This document shows positions 10,902-19,224 of a DNA stretch of 22,126 nucleotides, in pieces; positions within the stretch are counted from its first letter, which is position 1, and each line of letters opens with the position of its first letter. The DNA is from Tubiluchus corallicola (lineage: Eukaryota > Animalia > Priapulida). The position numbers and the translations under genes are program-made. The stretch lies in assembly GCA_030141605.1 (NCBI GenBank), contig JAQGDQ010001890.1:1-22126 (forward strand), read 5' to 3'. A model generated the notes under the pieces. The model did not search any database and was not told where the DNA came from. It saw only the letters and a list, made by a program, of their open reading frames with translations.

Positions 10902-11177
10902 GTTGAAGCGCATATTAAATTCGTCAACCAAAGAGATGACCAGCTTCACAATGGTGATGATCACAAGATCAAACGCAATACATGTTTGAATTTCTTCGTG
11001 GAAATCTATGGCTACAATCCACTATTGTATACACACTTCAAAGCACGTTCAACTACACGGACGCCATCTTTATGCAAAAACGGAAAAATATTTCCAGCAA
11101 ACAACGGGGCGTTCGAAATAGCTTTTACCAGAGCTGGACGTTTTTCGTTAGGGGAACGTTCCACATTTATATTCTGA
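10902..11177 (+). CDS. EXTL3: EXTL3-type GT64 terminal coding exon
   Basis: tttttcaag acceptor; VEAHIKF...DDHKIKRNTCLNFFVEIYGYNPLLYTHFK vs EXTL3 [27 protein letters not shown]; TGA at 11175-11177. Confidence 0.92.
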   Translation, partial: VEAHIKFVNQRDDQLHNGDDHKIKRNTCLNFFVEIYGYNPLLYTHFKARSTTRTPSLCKNGKIFPANNGAFEIAFTRAGRFSLGERSTFIF

Positions 11178-11339
11178 GAATATTTTTCGGGATGACAATC
11201 GGATTTCGGGATAAACTATTACGTTATCAGAACATAATATATTATTTATACATTACAAATATTTGCTACAATAAAAACGTTTATGAGTAAATCAAAGTAC
11301 AGCTTTTTTCTTTCCTTTGCTAAGTTGTCATATATACAT

Positions 11340-11776
11340 TAGGGGTGAGCATTGAACGTTCGAGTTCGAACGTTCGAATCGAATCCGAATGCTCGAATTC
11401 GATTCGAACCAGTTTTTTTAGTTCGAACTCGATTCGAATCCAAAACTATAGATTCGAAGAATTCAGCACTTCAATCACACATGTTCTTTATCAGTAAAAC
11501 GATTGAAACATCATGCAATTAGCATAATTTAGCTGTGATTTCTGCACACAATTTTAAAGAAATTACTAGTCGTTTTATTGCAGAACAAAATCTAGTGATA
11601 TGCATCTTTGTAAGACTAATTGGGGCTGGTGGTTCGAAAACTTATTCGAAAATCTTTCGATCTCAATTCGAATTCGGTTCGAATTCGAAACACTGAAGTT
11701 CGGTTCGATTCGAATTCGAAAGTCACAAATTCGGTTCGATTCGAATTCGCTTTCTGGTAGAGAATGCTCACCCCTA
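11340..11776. mobile_element. hAT-type MITE in the EXT 3' UTR or flank
   Basis: Perfect 14-bp TIR taggggtgagcatt / aatgctcaccccta; 8-bp TSD atatacat (11332-11339, 11777-11784); dense subterminal ttcgaa/attcga motifs; absent from the homologous copy at about 725-735. Confidence 0.95.
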
Positions 11777-12832
11777 ATATACATACTACATACCAAGAAT
11801 TGGCTCTGTTTATAAAACTACATCTTGCATCTTGCTTAGTATAAATTTATAATTTAATATCAAACAAACATCTCACGTCTTGGTGGTCATAGAAATAAAT
11901 ACCGTTATCATCAGTATCACTACGGAGACGCACAGGGAATAAACGTTTCACATGTAACTTTCACTTCACAATACGTACAAGCACTCCTTCAGATCAGTGT
12001 CGTTTAGCATCTGTTTTTTGGATACCATCAAACTGCAAGTTTGCATAAATATTTTTATTAAAAATTTGCAAAGTTCTTTATCACAATTTCGTTTCTTCTT
12101 TCTAATATCTATGTGCCTTTAGCTTCATTAATTGCTATATCTACCTGTCATGAGACTCACAATTCATCAGTTCGTTTAATTAATTATTAGTTTATTATAA
12201 TTAATCATAATTATCAACAGCATTATTGCACATGCTTTTATCCGTTGACTGTTTATCTGATACATTAGTTATATTATTACATTTTTTGCTAGAATATCAA
12301 ATTGAAATCTCATACGATGAACTCACAAAATTTCAGCTATAAAACTGATTTATTTTTCAATATACAGTTTAAATTTCTATCATTGTACAAGATCTTGAAA
12401 TAGTATGCATAACATTTATCTTTAATCATTCGCTGGCTTCTTTTCGCTTCCTGTATGGAGGAAAGTGTTACCTGGCAGTTGACTTTGCAGAACATTGCTG
12501 TATTATTTCTGACTTCTTAAAAATAAAGTATATGTGACATGAGCACTTACCTCCATTCTACATTCTTTATGGTGCAGTTTTATTCTTCCAAAGAAGCAAT
12601 CTGTCAGTATATACCTTTAGAGTTCTTAATATAGCCGAACGTCTTCATTTTCTATAAGTTTAAGGAACCAAGAAAATTGTGACCTGGAAGAAATCTGTTT
12701 GCTATCTACAAAGCTACCGACCGTGTGGTACAGTTACTCTGTTCATGTTCTGTAAACATATGGACAGTTCTTACATTTACATTAGTAATTTGGAATCCAG
12801 ACAATTGCAAGTTGACTTTTTTGGCATGGCCA

Positions 12833-14616
12833 CTAGATTTTACGGATTTTTTGGTAGTTTTCTAGATTTTACGGATTTTTTGGTAGTTTTCTATATTTTA
12901 CGGATTTTTTGGTAGTTTTCTATATTTTACGGATTTTTTTCTGGATTTTACGGTTTTTTTCGATACTTTTCTGGATTTTATGTATTTTTTGGTAGTTTTT
13001 TGGATTTTACGGATATTTTTTAATAGTTTTCTAGATTTTACGGACATTTTTGGTAGTTTTTTTAAGATTTTACGGATTTTTTCGATACTTTTCTGGATTT
13101 TATGTATTTTTTTGGTAGTTTTCTAGTTTTTACGGATATTTTTGGTAGTTTTTTGGGTTTTACGGGATGTTTGGTAGTTTTCTAGATTTTACGGATTTTT
13201 TGGTAGTTTTTTGGATTTTACGGATATTTTTTGGTAGTTTTCTAGATTTTACGGATTTTTTAGAGTTTTCTCGATTTTACGGATTTTTTGGTAGTTTTCT
13301 ATATTTTACGGATTTTTTGGTAGTTTTCTAGATTTTACGGATTTTTTGGTAGTTTTTTAGATTTTACGGATTTTTTGGTAGTTTTCTAGATTTTACAGAT
13401 TTTTTTGGAGTTTTTGAAGATTTTACGAATTTTTTTGGAGTTTTCTAGATTTTACAGTTTTTTTGGTAGTTTTCTAGATTTACGGATTTTTTGGTAGTTT
13501 TCTAGATTTTACGGATTTTTTGGTAGTTTTCTAGATTTTACGGATTTTTTGGTAGTTTTTTGGATTTTACGGATATTTTTTGGTAGTTTTCTAGATTTTA
13601 CGGATTTTTTGGTAGTTTTCTAGATTTTACGGATTTTTTGGTAGTTTTCTAGATTTTACGGATTTTTTGGTAGTTTTCTAGATTTTACGGATTTTTTGGT
13701 AGTTTTCTAGATTTTACGGATTTTTTTCTGGATTTTACGGTTTTTTTCGATACTTTTCTGAATTTTATGTATTTTTTTGGTAGTTTTCTAGATTTTACGT
13801 ATATTTTTGGTAGTTTTTTGGATTTTACGGATATTTTTTGATAGTTTTCTAGATTTTACGGATATTTTTGGTAGTTTTTTTAAGATTTTACGGATTTTTT
13901 CGATACTTCTGGATTCTATGTATTTTTTTGGTAGTTTTCTAGATTTTACGGATATTTTTGGTAGTTTTTTGGGTTTTACAGGATGTTTGGTAGTTTTCTC
14001 GATTTTACGGATTTTTTGGTAGTTTTCTATATTTTACGGATTTTTTTCTGGATTTTACGGTTTTTTTGGTAGTTTTCTGTATTTTATGGTTTTTTTAAGT
14101 TTTCTGTATTTTACGGTTTTTTTTTTGACAGTTTTCTGGATTTTACGGATATTTTTGGTAGTTTTTTTAAGATTTTACGGATTTTTTCGATACTTTTCTA
14201 GATATTACGGATTTTTTTGGTAGTTTTTTTGGATTTTACGGGATGTTTGGTAGTTTTCTGGATTTTACGGATATTTTTGATAGTTTTTTAAGATTTTACG
14301 GATTTTTTCGATACTTTTCTAGATACTACGGATTTTTTTGCTAGTTTTTTGGATTTTACGGGATGTTTGGTAGAGTTTTCTAGATTTTACTGATTTTTTT
14401 GGTAGTTTTTTGAATTTTACTGATTGTTTTTAGAGTTTTCTCGATTTTACAGATTTTTTTGGTAGTTTTCTAGATTTTACGGATTTTTTTTTAGAGTTTT
14501 CTAGATATTACGGATTTTTTTGGTAGTTTTTTGGATTTTACGGATTTTTTTTAGAGTTTTCTAGATATTACGGATTTTTTGGTAGTTTTTTGGATTTTAC
14601 GTGATTTTTGGTAGTT
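12833..14616. repeat. Tandem array of ~29-30-bp units (about 60 copies) made of phased T-tracts
   Basis: Consensus ggtag-tttt-ctaga-tttt-acgga-tttttt; extreme strand asymmetry; internal higher-order duplication. Confidence 0.96.
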
Positions 14617-14776
14617 GTAAAGCTTCTATGAAACTAACTGGTTATTGCAATTGTTACGGATTGTAAGGTACTGTGTCACAGTCAGATGCAACAATTAACT
14701 GCTGTGGTGGAGTATGTTCTGTTACATAGCACAGGCTTCTGATTCTAAATTTTTTGGCTTTCTTATCTTATCTTAT

Positions 14777-15052
14777 CTATCTTACAGTTTTTTCCACATT
14801 TATTGACTCCTCTGGGGAGCCTATGCTAGTGTTTGGTTCCTCAGCTCTTAGAGCATCAGTTAGTCCTTCCTTTTTTGCTACAGCTTTTTCATTTCCGTTT
14901 CCAATTGTAGTCTTCATTTGCTGCTTTAACAAAAACGTCTGTGGTTCTAATTCGTTCCATTTTTGTTGTGCTGCAATTTCAGTGACAAGTACAGCTTTAT
15001 TGGCTGAGGCGAGGCCTTTTATTGGCTGCTTATCTCTGACGCAGCAGCCACA
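14777..15052 (-). other. Unassigned 91-codon open frame (orphan exon, pseudo-exon or TE protein remnant)
   Basis: CGCCVRDKQPIKGLASANKAVLVTEIAAQQKWNELEPQTFLLKQQMKTTIGNGNEKAVAKKEGLTDALRAEEPNTSIGSPEESINVEKTVR*; E/K/A-rich; gtaaga donor at 14785 just before the stop; no family recognised. Confidence 0.3.
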
Positions 15053-15136
15053 CTATTAACGTTGCTCCTGGCAAAGTTTCTATTTCTACTGTTGCTGCGT
15101 GTCCTGGAGTTCGACCCAACCACAAAACCTGTAACC

Positions 15137-15233
15137 CAGGGGCCAGTATCGTGCCTGGACTACTGAGCGTGGATCCATAAAGCCTGAAACTCGGGGGGGG
15201 GGGCAGTATCGTGCCTGCACTACTGGGCGTGGA
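15137..15233 (+). repeat. 30-bp direct repeat pair around a G-run; possible left end of a DNA transposon
   Basis: cagtatcgtgcctg(g/c)actactg(a/g)gcgtgga at 15144-15173 and 15204-15233; starts caggggcc; no partner TIR found. Confidence 0.6.
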
Positions 15234-15463
15234 ACGCAGAGCTTAAAATGCGAACAAAAACATTTTAATGGTGCATTTATTCCATACCTATGAGCCTGTT
15301 TGAAGTTCTCGACTAAAATTACTTGAACGTGTTTCTACGTTTTTATAACTATATACGCTACGTTGGATTAGATATTTTCGAGCGCAGTAACAAAAAAGGT
15401 AGGTTAATTGCTATTTGCCCTTTTAATAACTTGCAATAAGCGCGTTTGATACGTTGCAATGAT

Positions 15464-16031
15464 TTTTTTATTTAGTTCGAGAAACAGGCGCAACTTGGAA
15501 ACAGATCATCAGACTAATCACTTAATAACTTTGTAACTCAAACTGTCTCGCTATGAAATCAAAGTTACTTTTCCTACTGAAAGCCTTTCGTTTATTTAAA
15601 ACGATAGTCTTTATTGATTGTTTCAAATCTTAATTTCAAGGAAATTGTCAACTGATCGAGTGGCCGTACAATATTAGTGGTTAAAGCGTTGGACTTAAAA
15701 AGCAGAAACGCTGGTTCAGGTTTAACTCAGAACAGGCTTCTTCACTTTCTTACTTTTGGTTAAATCTGCTCACAGTAACTTAAATGCATTACTAACAAGT
15801 GTTTGTGTTTGTCACGGTCGTATTTAGCAGATTAAAACGAATAGCCATTTAACTGTAATAACACATTTACGAGGCATTTGAAAAAACTATTAGTTATACC
15901 TGAATGTATTGTATAGAACCTGTCATTAGTGACTAATTAACCGAATTTGGTAAACGTTATAAACTGGTGGCTCCGCCTATTGGAAGTTCGACAAAGAAAT
16001 GTCACAGTTCAACTTTTGGACCAAATTTTGG
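15464..16031 (+). repeat. Left arm of ~570-bp inverted repeat
   Basis: Reverse complement of 17586-18156 with only about a dozen differences seen by eye. Confidence 0.96.
15661..15730 (+). pseudogene. Degenerate tRNA-derived sequence (Leu/Ser-like 5' half; possible SINE head); mirror copy at 17889-17959 on the - strand
   Basis: tggccg[tacaatatt]agtggttaaagcgttggacttaa resembles tRNA-Leu(TAA) TGGCCGAGTGGTTAAGGCGTTGGACTTAA with a 9-nt insertion; decayed B box ggttca; no cloverleaf. Confidence 0.5.
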
Positions 16032-16059
16032 CTTCATGATCTCACACCCATAGTACCGC

Positions 16060-16993
16060 TGTGATTGGATGATTAACTGGGTCACGACAGGTATGACTTG
16101 AGAGGTGCAGATTATTCCACGAGGTTACGGATAGTTGTTAAATAGCCGACTCAGCTAAAAGGCCAATTGATTTCGTCTTTGTCGGGGTGTTGGCTGACAA
16201 GACGTTGCTTCGGATATTTTTATAATCAACTTCATGACTTGCAATAGCTACGTGGATTGAATTGTTCACACTACCAGTCATTATCTTGCGTAGACAGAAC
16301 GTGAGCCATACGTCTGATATTTGGCAAATGACATTTTCCTGTGATGGGCATGCTTCCATGATGGTGGAGTTTTCAACCAAAATGGCACAAAAAATAGACT
16401 TCTAATATATTCTGAACGCCTGGTACCTGACTCATTAGGAGGAGACGTCGTTAGAAGAATCCTGGTGGTCTGTCATCGTCCGCTAATCTCATTAAGCCAG
16501 TCAAGCGAGTGGGACATTGATGCGGTCGCCGTTGTCGACAAGACTGTTAGCAAAGTGATGCTAGCCACCTAAGTGCGTGAACCCCTGAACTTTACGGGAG
16601 ACGTCCCGCCTACGTGAAACGCCAGCGGACTGATATTAAATGAGGGGTACCCCGCTGTTCTTTTACAAGTTGTGAGTTTTTTGTTTATTGTTTTTGATTA
16701 ATTAATTAATTATGCCAATTAAAATGTTGAACCTATGGGAAACAGTTTGTTTATTTATACTTTGTTGTGTTCACTGTTCCCGTTCACACTGTATCACCAT
16801 TGGCCCATTCTCTGTACTTTAGGACGGATCGACCCCTCCTGCGCTTGTAACTGCCTTAGAATTCAAATAAACATTGCTGCTCTTTAAAATTTGGAGTCAC
16901 CGACCCGTTCAGCAATCCATCTTGACCTAAGTTGCCCGACCCAAGTTCGAGGCCCCGTGGGCTAGCAAAGAATTTCGTGACCCGAGTGTTACA
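16060..16993 (+). mobile_element. Possible solo LTR-like relic
   Basis: GC-richer non-coding block; gggtcacga (16079) inverted to tcgtgaccc (16975); TATA-like tattaaa at 16634; AATAAA at 16866-16871; ends tgttaca; left boundary and TSD not resolved. Confidence 0.4.
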
Positions 16994-17224
16994 GTGTTCG
17001 TAAACTTTATTTTTAATTCATATAAGTTACGTATTCTTTCAAGCTTCGTACTGCTCACAAAAATTCAAAAAGCCCGTTATAGCAACTTCGGTGTCCATTT
17101 TGGGCTGCATTTTCTTCTCTAGTTTTTCACTTTCAAGGTTTTTTAGTTTATCTTGTAGACGATTCTTGATTTTGGCACAGCTTTTCTACTCACAATGATT
17201 TTTTTTACAATTCATTTTAGGTAC

Positions 17225-17369
17225 ATGATGCTCGTTGGAACAGTGTTGACGCTGCTTGTTACAGCAGTTCTGGCAGATGATCCGTCATTTTTTGGGAAAG
17301 TTTTAAGCGGAAGTAGTGGAGGAGAGTATGGACCTGACATAGAAAGCTATCCTAGTCATGGTGGCTATG
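17225..17369 (+). CDS. Small secreted peptide precursor, signal-peptide exon (exon 17221-17369)
   Basis: Strong acceptor ttttttttacaattcattttag and donor gtgagt (phase 1); MMLVGTVLTLLVTAVLA hydrophobic signal peptide ending V-L-A, then DDPSFFGKVLSGSSGGEYGPDIESYPSHGGY. Confidence 0.75.
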
Positions 17370-17585
17370 GTGAGTTGACTTGACCACGATTTTCACTCAC
17401 ACCACATTAGATCAGTTTACGCGAAATTAGCTAAAGGACGACAGGATGATTTTTCTTAAACTACCCCATTTGCAAGTACGGTAAAATTTATACAGTTTAA
17501 CACAATTAATGCTGCAAAACCGCTTCTGATAACTAAATAATAGATTAAATCTTAATTAATGACGAACGAACCCAACTATTGAGGA

Positions 17586-18156
17586 CCAAAATTTGGTCCA
17601 AAAGTTGAACTGTGACATTTCTTTGTCGAACTCCCAATAGGCGGAGCCACCAGTTTATAACGTTTACCAAATTCGGTTAATTAGTCATTAATGACAGTTT
17701 CAATACAATACATTCAGGTATAACTAATAGTTTTTTTTCAAATGCCACGTAAATGTGTTATTACAGTTAAATGGTTATTCGTTTTAATCTGCTAAATACG
17801 ACCGTGACAAACACAAACACTTGTTAGTAATGCATTTAAGTTACTGTGAGCAAATTTAACCAAAAGTAAGAAAGTGAAGAAGCCTGTTCTGAGTTAAACT
17901 TGAACCAGCCGTTTCTGCTTTTTAAGTCCAACGCTTTAACCACTAATATTGTACGGCCACTCGATCAGTTGACAATTTCCTTGAAATTAAGATTTGAAAC
18001 AATCAATAAAGACTATCGTTTTAAATAAACGAAAGGCTTTCAGTAGGAAAAGTAACTTTGATTTCATAGCGAGACAGTGTGAGTTACAAAGTTATTAAGT
18101 GATTAGTCTGATCATCTGTTTCCAAGTTGCGCCTGTTTCTCGAATTAAATAAAAAA
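17586..18156 (-). repeat. Right arm of ~570-bp inverted repeat (intronic)
   Basis: Reverse complement of 15464-16031; hairpin ggaccaaa-a-tttggtcc at 17583-17599. Confidence 0.96.
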
Positions 18157-18466
18157 CGAACATAATTTTCAATAGCAAAAATGTTCCACGAACATATTGA
18201 ATGCGTGTTGCAAAAGCGAATATTGAAGTACAGTGCTACTGTAAGATGTTCAGGGTGTCGTACAAAATTAGGCAAGTTTTAAGGTAAAAATTTAAATTTC
18301 AAATTTACTGCTGTGATCACGCGTGAGCTGTCGAACGTGTGCAGTTCGTCAGAAACTAACACATCTGCACTAAAAAGTACAGCACCTGTTTTTATGCAAT
18401 GCTTTTCCGAAATACAGGTCGAACCTGTCTAACTAGCTGATAGTGAAATGCGTGTAACAAAGAGGA

Positions 18467-18909
18467 ACTATAGGTTTTACATGTCAAATGTAGACCTGCG
18501 TTTACTCAAAAGTAGATTTAGGTAATTCAAATGCGTCTTGGTAACTCAAATGTAGACTTAGGTAGTTCAAATGTGTTAACAATGGTTTTCAAGAAATCTT
18601 ATGCGTTTTTGGTAAGTCAAATGTAGATACATGTCAAGTCAAATCTGACATTGGTATCTCAAATGTGGATAGGTGGTAAATTTTAAGGATGATAAATTTA
18701 ATTTCCTTTAATTTCAATTTATAATTGCTCTTAAGTTAAAACAACAACTGCCATGATAGCACCATGACCATAAAATATAATATTTATTTTGTAATTTGCA
18801 CTTAAATGAGTTAATTACCGATTTATTCAAAGTACCGCATCTACAATTGACTTACCTAAGTCACATTTGAACTTTCCTGTGTCTACATTTGACGTGTAAA
18901 ACCTATAGT
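18467..18909. mobile_element. Foldback-like non-autonomous DNA element with modular inverted arms
   Basis: 29-bp TIR actataggttttacatgtcaaatgtagac / gtctacatttgacgtgtaaaacctatagt (1 mismatch); ~21-bp subrepeats (caaatgtagacttaggtaact-like) in both arms; AT-rich core. Confidence 0.85.
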
Positions 18910-18985
18910 ATTTGTGTGGCCATTTCTCATGGTAGCAGATCTCTTTCTGAGTTAACAGATAATTATAATGTACATTTAATTACAG

Positions 18986-19029
18986 GAAGGAAGCTTGTGC
19001 GACCACGTCCTTCAAGACAATGGCAGTGA
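18986..19029 (+). CDS. Probable terminal coding exon of the secreted peptide precursor
   Basis: Acceptor tacatttaattacag; joined in phase 1 to 17369 it gives G-R-K-LVRPRPSRQWQ-stop; alternative acceptors exist at about 18417 and 19351. Confidence 0.55.
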
Positions 19030-19069
19030 CGTAGTGGAATTCAAAAGAATAATATTCAAACCGCTGAAC

Positions 19070-19224
19070 TCTGCGGAGCCCCGAAGGGACATGGGGAAAA
19101 AATTTAATTCGTTTAATCCGTTTAATGCGCACGAAATACTAATTAAAAATATTGAAAATTTATATTTAGATTCATATGAAACATTAAAATTTGTTTCACA
19201 ATGTCTTTTCGGGGGCTCTGAAGA
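19070..19224. mobile_element. Small degenerate MITE-like inverted-repeat element
   Basis: ctgcggagccccgaagggacatggggaaaaaattt vs reverse complement cttcagagcccccgaaaagacattgtgaaacaaattt. Confidence 0.6.

Noticed and set aside
10982-11290. 102-aa overlapping ORF in an alternative frame
   Set aside because: Overlaps the EXT terminal exon, whose frame carries the family homology; no independent support
12430-12690. Minus-strand splice-like signals (ttcttccag acceptor near 12684, gtaagt donor at 12550)
   Set aside because: The enclosed segment has stops in all three frames; could be a non-coding exon but cannot be supported without RNA data
12679-14022. Phe-rich hydrophobic ORFs (12679-12915, 13807-14022) resembling membrane proteins
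   Set aside because: Artefacts of the T-rich tandem array
14754-15059. 101-aa + strand ORF
   Set aside because: Non-ATG start and an S/F-rich composition typical of the antisense shadow of the - strand frame
15661-15730. Functional tRNA gene
   Set aside because: A 9-nt insertion in the D-arm region, a broken B box and no acceptor-stem pairing
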